Shown here: piece by piece, positions 25,750 through 38,170 of the stretch | Layout of the letters: each line of letters begins with the position of its first letter | Position numbering within the stretch: the first letter of the stretch is position 1 | Source of the DNA: Eledone cirrhosa | Taxonomy: Eukaryota | Length of the DNA stretch: 64,000 nt | Direction: 5' to 3' | Assembly (NCBI GenBank): GCA_964016885.1 | Contig: OZ024741.1 | Location: 172,422,001-172,486,000, forward strand | Notes under the pieces: model-generated | What the model saw: only the letters and a program-made list of their open reading frames with translations | Database searches by the model: none | What the model was told of the DNA's origin: nothing | Made by a program: the position numbers and the translations under genes

Positions 25750-28300
25750 CCGTTATATCTCGTCTCGAAATGTCTAAATCCAAACACGTTGCGTGGGAAA
25801 CAGGCGTATTAAGATAACTAAATAAAGCATCTATCAGAACTCATCGAAGTTAAAAACTAACATGCTCTAAAAGTTAAATCACAAGTATTACAAAAATGTA
25901 AACTAAAAAGGAAAGTGAGATAATTTTATATTTCGGATCTTGCTGGATCAGTACTGAGGTTGATGTAATCAGCTAAAATCCTTGAAAATAATATTCCAGT
26001 ATAGTTCCTATCCAATGTCATAAACAATTGAAATGAAAATAAATGATGATGTTCATGTGTATTTTGGGAACAACAAACTGCACACACTTCACTACCCCTA
26101 CGTCGATAACAGAGTCAGTTAGGAAATTAGGATGAAATATGACGAGGTATAATGTCCCTAAACCAACTTAAAGATAGTAAAATTATGACAACCACTAATA
26201 TTAAAATAGAAGAAAAGGGGAGTATTTGTTATACTCACACATACTTGAAAAATATTAAACTAGAATGCGAGCAACATACACTAATTAAAGAAAAGGTTTG
26301 CGTTGGCCGGAATATGACAATAACACTTAAAACTACATTAAATTCTAAAAATAGTTAATGGATATCAATACCTTGGTTGTTTTAATAATGACTGATCCAG
26401 TAATAGCTATTCCAATAATAGAAAATTAATTAAAGTAGGGAAACAAGAGGAGAAAATAAAAATAATAATAACTATAAGATTTAGAATACACTTCCTGAAA
26501 GCCAACAAAAAGTGATTATATTTGCCATGAATAGCACAATAAGTATTCTACTGCAATTAGACAACTATTATAAAATATCTACTGGGTGACAATAAGAAGA
26601 ATCTAGGAGAAATAGATTAAAAAAATGAACTAATCACAAACAAATAAAATACTATTTTGTCGTCTAGGAGATCAACATATATAATTAAGGATTGAAGCAA
26701 TAGACACACGTGAGCACGTGAAAAGGATTAATATACAATAACAGATTATATTTAAAATCCCTTCACTAACTTTGTAATTGTTTCTACTTTTGGCACAAGG
26801 CCAGAAATTATCCCAGTGTATTTTATCGACCCCGTAAGGATGAAAGGCAAAGTTAACCTTGGCTGAATTTGAACTCAGAACATAAAATAATGTGACCACA
26901 GCGGACTATGATAAACGTTAGAAAAATTCGATATGAGAGCATTTATAACGAAAATCACACGTCGTGAAACAAAAGTCTCCAAACCGTGAAGATAGATCTA
27001 GCAGATACAAAATAAATAAAGTAAGTAATAAAATACCACAAACACACATCATAGAGAAGCTATGGGATAATGACCTACAGAAACGTATTCAGAACAACTA
27101 AAACAACAATATAAATAAAGCGGAATACGAAAAACACTTATAAGAAAAGAAACGTAATATAGAAAACTATTATAAATTATTCACTGTAGGACAACACAGT
27201 TAAATAAAAGAATAATGGAAAACTTATACATATAGCTACAAAACATATTTTTGTTCCAGAACTGGTGGCTTCAAGGAAGCCAACAAATACACAAAGACGG
27301 AAGTAACAGACAGTTATGAGGAAATATGAAAAGTAACAACAAAAATATGTAAAAAAAAAAAAAAAAATCTAGAAACTTAGCTAGATGTGGAGCAACAGAA
27401 TATCATGCTAAATAATGGATAGAACAATCCCAATATAGCCACTATCTCAGAATATGGAACAAAAGGAAAATAGACAAAGAAAAATCTCACCACTTGCTGC
27501 GACTGAAGGATTTCTGACTCCAGCGCAAAAATCGGAAACTGTGTAATGAAATAATATGCTTTAAGTTACTTCAGAATATACAGTGGTGGAGAAGAAACAA
27601 TCACATTATTTCCGGATGGTGGATTAGAAGAGTCGTTGGAGTGTCAGACAAAACGCGTCCCGAGTGTTTACATTCTGAGTTCAAATTTCGTTCAGATCAA
27701 CTTTGCTTTTCATCGTTCTGGGGTCGATAAAATAAAGTAGAATTATAGTACTTGGGTCGATTGAATCGACTTAAACACAAAACTATTTCTAGATTCCCAG
27801 TTATGGCCAAATGAGAATGTGTATTCAATCATTTTATATTTTGGACTTTGATATTCAGGAAATTCTGACATGATATAAACACACAACAGAAAATATATAA
27901 GAGAATGACAAAGCAACCATACACTGGGATATCAACTGTTACAGATAGTGCGATCAAAAGGAAGCAACCAGATATTGCTGATTATTGCTGACAAGAGTCA
28001 TCTAGAAACGAAATATCACCTGATTAGCGTAAAGGTCCGAACACCTGGTAACGTATCTTTAAACAAAATGGGGAAATTATCAAAATATAAGATCTGTAAA
28101 ATGGTGTTTCCTTGATGTGTCCTTCAACAGAGTTTATATTTATAGAAATTAAGAATATAAAAAGATACAGAAAATGCATAAATATTAGTGCAGGATTGAG
28201 ACAACACACAGAAATAGCAATACTAGACAACAGACACAAGTTACGTAAAATACAACAGTAAATACAAAAGGTAAACTGAGCACAATAGTTACAGAATGTG
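25750..28300 (+). mobile_element. Highly degenerate R4/Dong-like REL LINE remnant, interrupted by SINEs
   Basis: TEGFL and EETI.HIISG-like segments at 27500-27620. ILWD...TDSAIKRKQPDI and KLSKYK-like REL motifs at 27915-28100. The left boundary is uncertain. Confidence 0.5.
26777..26885 (-). mobile_element. SINE fragment
   Basis: Reverse complement of the SINE body. Confidence 0.8.
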
Positions 28301-28374
28301 CACAAGCCCTTATTAAATGTACGTAGAAGTGAAAGAAAATTAATAAGTAAATGATGGATGATATATATCGTATA

Positions 28375-29289
28375 CTAGCAGTAAAGCCCGGCGTTGCTCG
28401 GGGTCGCTCAGTAGCTGTGTTAAAGTTACAATGTTAAGTTTCTTTCTTGGCTTAAAAACTGTAGTGTCTACTGTGCAGACTTGCATGTGGTGTTTTTGAT
28501 TAATATTCCCTCAACCAACAATATGCCTTATGAAGTTAAGAAAACATAACGATAACCCGAATGTTATAACAAAAGAGGATGCTGGGGATAGAAACTGCAC
28601 TGGTTATTTATTAACAAAGATCGAAAATGTAAACACTGCAACGCAGAGAAAAACATTAGCGTAACCAAATTATCAGTTATGTCTGTCTGCACGCCTATAT
28701 CACCTCTCTGCACGACTGTCTGTCTGCACGCCTATATCACCTCTCTGCACGACTGTCTGTCTGCACGCCTATATCACCTCTCTGCACGATTATCTGTCTG
28801 CACGCGTATATCACCTCTCTGCACGACTGTCTGTCTGCACGACTGTCTGTCTGCACGCCTAACGACGAAATATTTGCTTGTTTTACGTAGTCTTTAAATA
28901 GACTTGTTTTCAAGTAAAAATATTGTTTTAAAATGCTTTTAAATGGAAATGAAGCAAAACGGAAGCTTAGTGTTCGAACTGATGAATTTTGCAGGTCAAT
29001 ATTTTGCTGGCTCGACAACTGTTAAAGCCAGCGTAATTTTTTACGTAAGACGCTCAATGTAAATAGAACAAAGGGAAATAACTGATAACTTACGCTCAAA
29101 AATCGATACATTATATTCGATTTCGTCACATAGGGTGGGTCAATTTGAAATATTCTTTTTTCCGATGTCTTCGCTAGGGCTCAATGTACAAGTATAGCAA
29201 TTTCGGTGCAATTCCGTGAGAGATTCTAAGAGGAGATGTGTGCCAAAAATCGATAGACAGACAGACAACCACAGTTTTATATATATAGA
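28375..29289 (-). mobile_element. Non-autonomous Helitron with internal 37-bp minisatellite (28680-28860)
   Basis: Minus strand has a 5' A|TCTATATATATAAAA start, a 3' hairpin CCCGAGCAACGCCGGG, then CTAG|T. Confidence 0.88.
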
Positions 29290-29309
29290 TTCCATGACAA
29301 ATAGTACCA

Positions 29310-29493
29310 GTGGAATGGCAGTATCGGTAGAGGGTCGGACGCCATGCTTTGCAGCACAGTTACGTCCCTTTACGGACTGAGTTCAAATCCCGCCGAGGTT
29401 AACTTTGCCTTTCATCCTTACGGGGTCGATAAAAAAAAGTACCAGTAATACACTGGGATAATTGCTGGCCTTGTGCCAAAAGTAGAAACAATT
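29310..29493 (+). mobile_element. Full-length tRNA-derived SINE (short form)
   Basis: A-box tggcagtatcgg, B-box gagttcaaatcc, conserved body and tail. Confidence 0.9.
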
Positions 29494-29534
29494 ATATATA
29501 TATATATATATATAGATATATATATAGATGTATA

Positions 29535-29967
29535 TAATACGAGTTGACGTATCTTGTAGGCAACTTGTGATTTCAGTGATTTCATGGTATCGCTGTTTAT
29601 GTTCATAGAACCAAGATTCGATTGCATCTTCCATCCTGTTTCGCTCAAAATTCTGCACTGAGTTCAGCTTGATGTGTATAAATCATCAGCTGGACTGAAG
29701 TGTCATTTAATGCATAACTATAAAATTAAAAATGGAAAATGTTTGAAGCCTCACCCATCTGGTGAGTCTATCATATATCAGAGGATGTGGTAAGATACCA
29801 GGTGGACCATAACGCACCAGAGTATTCGATACTTGGGGTAGCAGAGTGGGTAATAGGAAAAGAGTCAAGACCACGACGACTGAGCTCCGGGCGTTTAGAC
29901 AGCTAGATCCGGATCTAGCTGTCGAAATGGCCGGCGCTCTGCCGTAGGGGTCCTGAATCTTTTCATA

Positions 29968-30002
<35 letters not shown>

Positions 30003-30433
30003 TTCGCTTTACATAACTGAATACAATAAATGTAAAGCCATGTGAGTAGAATGCCAACACAAGAGCAAGAATGAAGGGTTCATTCTACTGACATGGCTTT
30101 AAACATTAGGCTTGTTTGCATAATTGCAAACGAATCGAATGTTATAATTAATATTCGAAAAACTCAGATTACATTTATATATATATATTATAAAAGTAAC
30201 GAAGATCGCTGGTGTTAAGTCAAGGTTATCCGGCCCACATCTATAGTACCCAATGGATCTGCCGAATTGCAGTGTAATGCCACTGCAATCAGCTGTTCAG
30301 AGAGCACACATTTAGTTAATAGCAGTGATATATGATATATACATATAGGAATCTTGGTTCTATGAACATATAATGTCTGAACTGCGATACCATTAAATCA
30401 CGAGTTGTCTACAAGATATGTTAACTCGTATTG
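29535..30433. repeat. Inverted repeat pair (29535-29620 / 30350-30433) enclosing a fold-back fragment of the 49-50 kb family (29785-29968)
   Basis: The outer arms are reverse-complementary. The inner palindrome is centred on gacagctagatccggatctagctgtc. Confidence 0.7.
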
Positions 30434-30487
30434 CTTTATTTATAAGCACGCACACACATATACACACTCGAATACAAGCAAACAGGC

Positions 30488-30639
<152 letters not shown>

Positions 30640-30645
30640 AACACA

Positions 30646-30718
<73 letters not shown>

Positions 30719-31399
30719 TGTGAAAGAGTGAAGAATAACATGGTCGGCTGTACAAAAAGGGTTCTGTTTACTGCATTAACAATTGTTTCATTGATCAGGT
30801 GAGCGAACAATCTTCTGTAGGCACAAAGCACCTACCAAATTCTCCAGCTTCAAATCGCAACCGCCATAATTCGATCTCGTGATCTCAGTATTCAGTCAAA
30901 ACGTCCCGGATTTAGATGTACTAAATTCACACCACTCCACTGTTATTAGCTGTCAACTGACCAACTGATCATTAAATCAACATCGGGAATTCCCCATCCT
31001 TTCTTTACCTTTCTCTCTATAGTCGCATCACCACCATTAAGATGAAACAATCATTCTACCCGATCTTAATCACCCATATATACTGTCCCTTTCACCTTTT
31101 ATTCTTTATTTATCAATTTACTATTCTCTGATTCTTATTGATATCCTTTGTGTCATCCTCGAATCCTTATTCTTTATTCTCTATCTCCTGTTCTCTCTTA
31201 CTTTTTATTTTAATCATTTACTATTTTTTTTTTTGCATTTTTATTTCGCCAATTCATGAACTCAATACACTATATTAGTACGCCGTCCACTCACCAACAT
31301 TTCGCCTGGAAAGAAAAAATAAAGACTATTTGAATCTTAGCTTGATTATCCATGTCCACGAACAGTAAACATTGGGCTGCATTTCCAGCAGTAAATTTA

Positions 31400-31670
31400 A
31401 AAAACTTGATTCAGTGGAATGATACGTGATGCCACCACCCCGCATCCCACAGCCCCAGCGGACAGAATGGAGAAGGCGTTTCCCCGTCGGACGGCAAGGG
31501 AGACACGCTGGAAATGGAAAAGCCACTCCAACTCGTGGGGCTCACACATGTGGCTGGCCAGCTCAGCGCCTATGCTGGTGAGTAGGGATGTAGCCCGAGG
31601 GTCGAAGACACCCGAAGTCTCCACTGCCAAGAGTACAACCGCAAACCTGTCGGAGAGCGACCGGTATTTG
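31400..31670 (-). mobile_element. CRE-like non-LTR retrotransposon C-terminal REL-domain fragment
   Basis: KYRSL...LAVETSGVF...QRVSLAVRRGNAFSIL, a pattern typical of CRE-clade C-termini. Confidence 0.7.
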
Positions 31671-31712
31671 ATTATTACTGTCATCACTATTTTACACATC
31701 CACTTACTCACC

Positions 31713-31925
31713 ATTGGCAGTATCGGTTGAGGGCCGGACGCCATGCTTTGCAGTATAGAGTTACGGCCCTTTATGATCTGAGTTCAAATACTGCTGAGGT
31801 TAACTTTGCCTTTCATCCTTACGGGGTCGATAAAATAAAGTACCAGTCACGAACTAGAGTCGATTTAATCAACTTTCCCTTCCCCCAAAATTGCTGGCCT
31901 TGTGCCTATATAAGAAACCATTATA
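31713..31925 (+). mobile_element. tRNA-derived SINE (long form)
   Basis: Conserved head and body, plus the gtcgatttaatc...cccccaaaattgctggcc insert. Confidence 0.9.
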
Positions 31926-32484
31926 ACTTCAACTACTACCACTTTTTAGAAGTTTTTTTATTAGCCGTTTTGTTCACACTTCTAGCTACAAGTTTAAACA
32001 CGGAATTTGTGGTAAATGGTTAATTACAGCAGTTGTGAAAATACCCAATCGGCATTCGAGCGGATAAGGAGTTCGAATCCTCCCAGGCATTTTTGTTCCC
32101 ATTTTTTCTGTCTCCAGATTTACTTTACCCAATTTTTTCTAACCTATATTTATAGTGATAGACTATGAATATCGTCATTTGTGTTAGGATTCACAAATTT
32201 GATTTGATTTTTCTTTAATATGCATAGGTCTTGTGAAACCAAACATCTGAAATATATTGCTGCAGTCAATACTGCCAGAGCGCATTAAGACGATACTTAA
32301 AAGTCTGCCCTGCACAATGGTGTTTGGAAGAACAACAATCCTCCAAAAGAAAACCATGCGCCGAAGATGACAAAGTGAAACTGTATTTGAAACTCAAGCT
32401 TCTTATTTGTAATCGAACCCAGTACTCGATTGCTATTGGGACTTAGACATACATACATACTTGTATATTTCCACTTAACTTTTA

Positions 32485-32524
<40 letters not shown>

Positions 32525-32603
32525 TAAAAAGGAAAAGAAAATGCTGACATTTTTTCCAGTGAAAATTATTTTAATTAGGAATAAGTATAAATTAGTAATA
32601 AGT

Positions 32604-32786
32604 AATTGTTTCTACTTTAGGCACAAGGCCAGCAATTACCCAGTGAATTACTGGTACTTTATTTTATCGACCCCGTAAGGATGAAAGGCAAAGTCAACCT
32701 CGGCGGGATTTGAACTCAGATCGTAAAGGGACGTAACTATGCTTGAAAGCATGACGTCCGACCCCCTACCGATACTGCCAATCCAC
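32604..32786 (-). mobile_element. SINE inserted in the left pLTR arm, with 14-bp target-site duplication (TSD) AATAAGTAATTGTT
   Basis: The TSD occurs at 32597-32610 and 32787-32800. The SINE is absent from the right arm. Confidence 0.92.
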
Positions 32787-33127
32787 AATAAGTAATTGTT
32801 AGTATTCAGTGTTAGTTTTAAGTTATTTTACCGGTTGCGCATTTCAAATACTTTTCAAAAATTATTTTGAGATAGAGCGTTCGTGATTTGGTTGTTTGTT
32901 GAATGTCACGTGAATAAGCACTATAACTTTGATTGGTCGGTAGAAGTCACGTGAAATGATGTATAGTATTGTCATAACACCAAGGTGTGTGTGAGTGTGT
33001 CCAGATTGTACGTACTGCAAGGGAATCCATTAGGCCCTGCCGTATGGGATACTTGTTGATAGAAATGTATGTAGAATGTATGTTGATGTAGGTATGTATG
33101 TGGACGTGTGTATGTTGTGGGTTCGTC

Positions 33128-33740
33128 TTAGGGAGAAGTGTTTAGACGGGGTCCGTATCTGTTAATAAAGTGAGATTCCTTGGTGATGCGCTGGGTGTGG
33201 GTGGCATTATCTTTATATTTGTAGGGGAGAAAGATTCTAAAGTTGGGATGATTTTGGGTGGCACAGGTATCAATGTGTTCACTCAGAGGTATTTTTCTGT
33301 ATTCCCGTATTTTGATTTGAGATCTATGGACAGTCATGCGTTGGCGGAGGCTGTTCTTAGTCTGGCCTATGTATTGTTCTCGACAACCTGAGCAAGTTAA
33401 TACATATATTAGGTTTTCTGATGCGCATGTGAAATTGTGCTTTACTATAAAACCTTGTCCCTGTTTGAAATAGAATTCCGAACCCTCTATTAGGTTGATG
33501 CTTATGCCACAGTTGGGTCTATCGCATTTTTTTACTGTGGATTTCGTTGTTGTCGTTGGTAGTACCTTAACATGTGTTAGGATGTTTTTCATTGACTTAG
33601 ATTGTCTTTTGCTCTTTATGATATCGTGTGTTCGAAGGATTTGGTTCATTCTATGGTCCTTCTGTAACACAGGGATGTTTTGGAGGATGGTGTCAAAGGC
33701 CTCATTGTTGAGGTGGGTTGTGTGTGGAGATGGATGGAAG
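33128..33740 (-). pseudogene. PLE (Neptune-like) C-terminal Cys-rich linker plus GIY-YIG endonuclease
   Basis: KKCDRPNC, NFTCASENLIYVLTCSGCREQYIGQTKNSLRQRMTVHRSQI, KESHFINRYGPRLN. Confidence 0.9.
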
Positions 33741-34288
33741 AGCTAAGACGAACCCACAACGTACACACGTCCACATACATACCTACATCAACATACATCC
33801 TACATACATTTCTATCCACAAGTATCCTATACGGCAAGGACTAATGCAGTACGTACAATCTGGACACACTCACACACACCTTGGTGTTATGACAATACTA
33901 TACATCATTTCACCTCTTTTATTATTGAACATTCACGTGACTTCTACCGACCAATCAAAATTATATTGCTTATTCACGTGACATTCAACAACCAACCAAA
34001 TCACGAACGCTCTATCTCAAAATTATTTTTGAAAAGCATTTGAAATGCGAACCGGTAAAAGAAAACAACTTAAAACTAACACTGAATACTAACCATTACT
34101 TATTACTAATTTATACTTATTCCTAATTAAAGTATTTTTCCATGGAAAAAATCTGTCAGCACTTTTCTTTTCCTTTTTACTAATATATCACAACTCGTGT
34201 GCCACAACTCTATTTTTTTAATATATATATATATACTGAAGTAAAAGTTAAGTGGAAATATAGGAAATATAGGACGAGTAAAGTATAA

Positions 34289-34460
34289 ATAATTACAACG
34301 GTGACATAAACAGGTACACAAGTTTCGTTGGGTTTTGGCCCCCAACTATTTCAGCCTGTCATAAGGGAAAAAAAATGTTTTTTCTATGTCAGGCTGAATG
34401 AGTTGGGGCTCAGAGCCCAACGAAACTTGAGTACCTGTTTATGTCACTGTTGTAATTATA
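34289..34460. repeat. Fold-back hairpin containing a hammerhead motif at 34390-34437(+)
   Basis: CAGG-CTGAATGA-GTTGGG GCTCAGAG CCCAAC-GAAAC-TTGA-GTA-CCTG. A mutated antisense copy lies at 34311-34356. Confidence 0.8.
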
Positions 34461-35530
34461 TATATATATATATACGATGTCTCTAGAGTTGTTATCTAGT
34501 TTAGCCATCTTTTTTGTCCCTTCGAATTTACTTTTAAGTATATAGTGCCACACTGTCGTGTGCTCATCACAAGATGTCGAAAATTTACACGAATATGTTA
34601 ATATGAAACACCCACTCCTTGCGTCCGACGGCGTTTGCCTGAAGGATGCATAACCCAAGACATACATACATACGGGCATCGACACGCATGCAAACAGCAT
34701 TGGGTACAAATTTAGATCAGCAAGACGGCACAGACACACAGGCACACTGACTCAGACACACATATATCTAACTACGATCATTTGTTTGTTTCTTCGTTGT
34801 TGTTGTAGTTGCTACTTTTTTTTTCTCTTCTATATTGGTTTATCGATCTCTTGATTGATTATGCAATTTCAGCAATTTGATTACGAGATTACAGTCTCTA
34901 GCTGGCAATCTTTTATTATTGCGGATGCCATACTGGCTAAAACAGAAGCTAAAACATGAATTCATAATGACGCAGTTAGCTTCATTAGTTTCAATGAAAT
35001 ATGCTTTACTGAAAGCATTCCCAGTCGTCCATTTCGGTGAATTATTCTTAAATCTTATCATCTTGCCAATATCTGCCTTTGCTTTGGAACGAATGGGTCA
35101 TACTCATCACATGGAAATATAATGACCTTTATAATGAAATAATGATTTCTAAACGGCAAATTCTAAATGTCTCATGCATATTATTTGTAGCAAAGGAAAA
35201 ATGGCATAAATCTGCATGTGTATATATGTATATATGCATGTATGTATGCGTGTGTTGCACACACACATATACATATATATATATGCGTGTATATACTTAC
35301 ACACGCATACACACACATATAAATATATATATATGTGTGTGGGTGTGTATTTACAAACACGCACATGAATGAATGTAATATACAACAATATAGTGTATTA
35401 GTTTTTCTCGTATTTGAAAATGTGAGTATATATATATATATATGTCTATCTATCTATCTATCTATCTATCTCTCTATCTCTCTATCTATTTATCTCTAAC
35501 TATCTATCTCCCTCTCTCGCTCTTTTTCCC

Positions 35531-35588
<58 letters not shown>

Positions 35589-35591
<3 letters not shown>

Positions 35592-36683
35592 AGATAGAAA
35601 AATGCGTACAGCAAAAAAAAGTAATATTGTTGGAATATAAACCTTTAAAAATACAGGACAAGAAACTAAAATAAAACTTTAAAAGAATAGGACAAGAAAC
35701 TAAGATAACACTTTAAAAGGATAGGACAAGAAACTAAGATAACACTTTAAAGAATTGGACAAGAAATAAAAAATGTTACAATAATATTAGTGGCAACATT
35801 TTTATTGGTAAAAAATCGAGTTCCACATTAATAGGCTCTGGGTTCCACATTCAGAGGTCGTCGTCAGACCGGGGGGATCATTTGATCCTGGTTTGAACAC
35901 CAATTGGGCCATAACCATACCCCTATTTCATCATTCGGTGACACGCCTCATGTGTCATGCATAATGTGAATGGACCCATGGGCCCATGAGCACAGATCTT
36001 GAGCAGCAGCGGACGGTCTTGTCGTCCCGCTCATCCTTGATCTTGACCAACCCGTCCATCTTCTCCTTCCATCTTGTCCTTGAGTTTAAGTCCGGCAGTC
36101 CAGATGAATGCGTGCCACAGCTTTCTGGTACAGGAAGGGGGAGCAGGAGGACTGGAGGGATGACGGAACAGAGGGAGGGAGGACCGGTGGTTGAGGGAGG
36201 TGCCGTAGTCGGTGGTCAGAGTCGACATCTTGTCCCGGTCGTCTTCTCCATCTTCGTCTGGTGTTGCGGGACCAGAAGTGCATTCTTGGAGGAGACCTGC
36301 AGCTGCATCGGCCAGTTCTTCTTGCAATGGTCATTCTGACGGAGCAGAACTGCTCAACCAACCAACCCCAACCACAACCAACCGCTCAGGGGCAACGCAC
36401 AATGAGAGCATGACAATTATTATGCACTAATCAAGAAGATACTGGGGCATAGCACAGGAAACGAATAAAAAAAATTTGCCACTAATATTATTGTAAAATA
36501 TTTTATTTCTTGTCCAATTCTTTAAAGTTTTATCTTAGTTTCTTGTCCTATTCTTTTAAAGTTTTATCATAGTTTCTTGTCCTATTCTTTTAAAGTTTTA
36601 TTTTAGTTTCTTGTCCTGTATTTTTAAAGGTTTATATTCCAACAATATAACTTTTTTTTGCTGTACGCATTTTTCTATCTGGT
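35589..36683. mobile_element. ~210-bp inverted repeats with internal 33-34 bp tandem units around a GC-rich ~670-bp core
   Basis: accagatagaaaaatgcgtacagc... (35589-35803) is the reverse complement of 36470-36683. The unit aaaagaataggacaagaaactaagataacacttt occurs about 4 times per arm. Confidence 0.85.
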
Positions 36684-36956
36684 CTACTATTTTTTAAGGC
36701 AATGCAAGCAACAACTATCTAATAATTAAATGATCATAGTGAATTACTGACAAGTGATTGACATTTTAAAGTTCTTTTGAGTATAATTGCAATCTAGTTG
36801 AGGCAACTGGCTTAATGACAAAGCTAGTAAATCATGAATGCATTTGAGATGATTAGTGCATAATAGTGAATTGGTGAAACTTGTGCATTTCAATGGTGTT
36901 ACAACAATAGATGTAAGTTATATAGTAGTAATACTTTATCATTTTAACTTTTTAGA

Positions 36957-37316
36957 ATGGACAAAACCCCATGCAAAGAAATGACTTTGACTGCAGTGAT
37001 TCTCTCCAATTTACTTACAAAGCAAAACGTGGTCAAATACCTTATCATCTCTGATAAAATGCCCATTGAATCACTGAAAATCGGATGCATGGAATTCCTC
37101 ATAAAATGCACCTATGAATCGGAAGCCATCACATATATCAATGGATATAGGGAGTTGTTCACACTGGAAGACCATCACTTCATTTGTGACTTCATCAGTT
37201 ATCTCCACGATTATCTCAGACACCCAATGCCATTGATGAGAGGTGATCCAATGTGTGAGCATGTAACTAATCTTATAGAAGTTGTTATCGACCACCTGGC
37301 TTTTAGTGACATTTGA
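36957..37316 (+). CDS. Hypothetical 119-aa ORF, probably element-encoded
   Basis: ATG-initiated, non-repetitive composition, flanked by the direct repeat ttaagg(c/t)aatgcaagcaacaactat at ~36695 and ~37375. No family recognised. Confidence 0.3.
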   Translation: MDKTPCKEMTLTAVILSNLLTKQNVVKYLIISDKMPIESLKIGCMEFLIKCTYESEAITYINGYRELFTLEDHHFICDFISYLHDYLRHPMPLMRGDPMCEHVTNLIEVVIDHLAFSDI

Positions 37317-37496
37317 CTGATTTGACTGATAATGATGTATTTTTAAAAAGTATGTGTACATTCTTGTTACTAATTTAAGGTAATGCAAGCAACAACTATT
37401 TAATAAAATTTAAATTTAAAAATGACCATTGTGCATTACTAGTATGATGACATTTTATTAAGTCACAAAATTATTCAGTCAGCCATAGAACAAGGA

Positions 37497-38170
37497 TCAG
37501 GTGGCAAAAACATTGGCAAAAATTTGTGTCAATTTAAGATTTCCAACATTGTTCAAATGAATCATATCTGGTTTGAAGTCAGATTTGTCAAATTTTGACC
37601 AATTTTCAATGTTGTGAAGATTGGGCAAGTTCAATTTTTGAATCATTTCTTTCATGCAGTAATTAAACTTTTCCAAACGAGAATTTCTCTTGCCCAAGTC
37701 ATTTTTATTTTCAATTACACTTTGTGGACGTGGAATGACACCACTGTAGAAAATGGGCGTACAGTGGTGTTTTGCGCTATTTTCTGTAGCCTTGCATAGA
37801 GACTCTTCCCCTGTTTTTCCGGTTTTGTGCCTCGAATGGGCACTTTGTCCTTAATTTACAAATAAATGATTAATAAAAAATACTTGGGCAAAAATTATTG
37901 TATTACTTTGCCCAGCTTTGTAGTGCCAACGGTGCGACGGGGATTCAGATCATTAGAGCCGACATGAACCACCAATACTTTCACAAAAGGACAACAGATA
38001 ACAATGTTGGCGATTAACATTACCTGGTCCTGACGGGCCCCAGGTATACAAAATATCTAAGTATTTTTGTTGGTATGATAAGTAAATACATTTGAATTAA
38101 TATTTTATTACATTCTGGTCATTCGATTTCGCCACATTTCTAATTATGGATTTGTAAAAACTGACATGAA
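37497..38170 (-). pseudogene. Degenerate SGNH/GDSL hydrolase (esterase) domain, element-associated
   Basis: Blocks occur in order across frameshifts: KSIIRNV (block I-like), FCIPG, LVVHVGSND (block III), IFYSGVIPRP, PDMIHLNNVG (DxxH, block V). Confidence 0.65.

Larger units (their letters stand above)
32464..34262 (-). mobile_element. 5'-truncated Penelope-like element with inverted pLTR
   Basis: Arms 32464-33131 and 33743-34262 are reverse complements and flank the GIY-YIG coding segment. (TA)n lies near both outer ends. A third copy is at ~63050-63260. Confidence 0.9.

Noticed and set aside
35640-35770. 34-bp repeats as a CRISPR array
   Set aside because: They are contiguous tandem units without spacers, in a eukaryotic context with no cas genes.
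35820-35900. CTGACGA core near a hairpin
   Set aside because: No matching GAAA half or closing stems.
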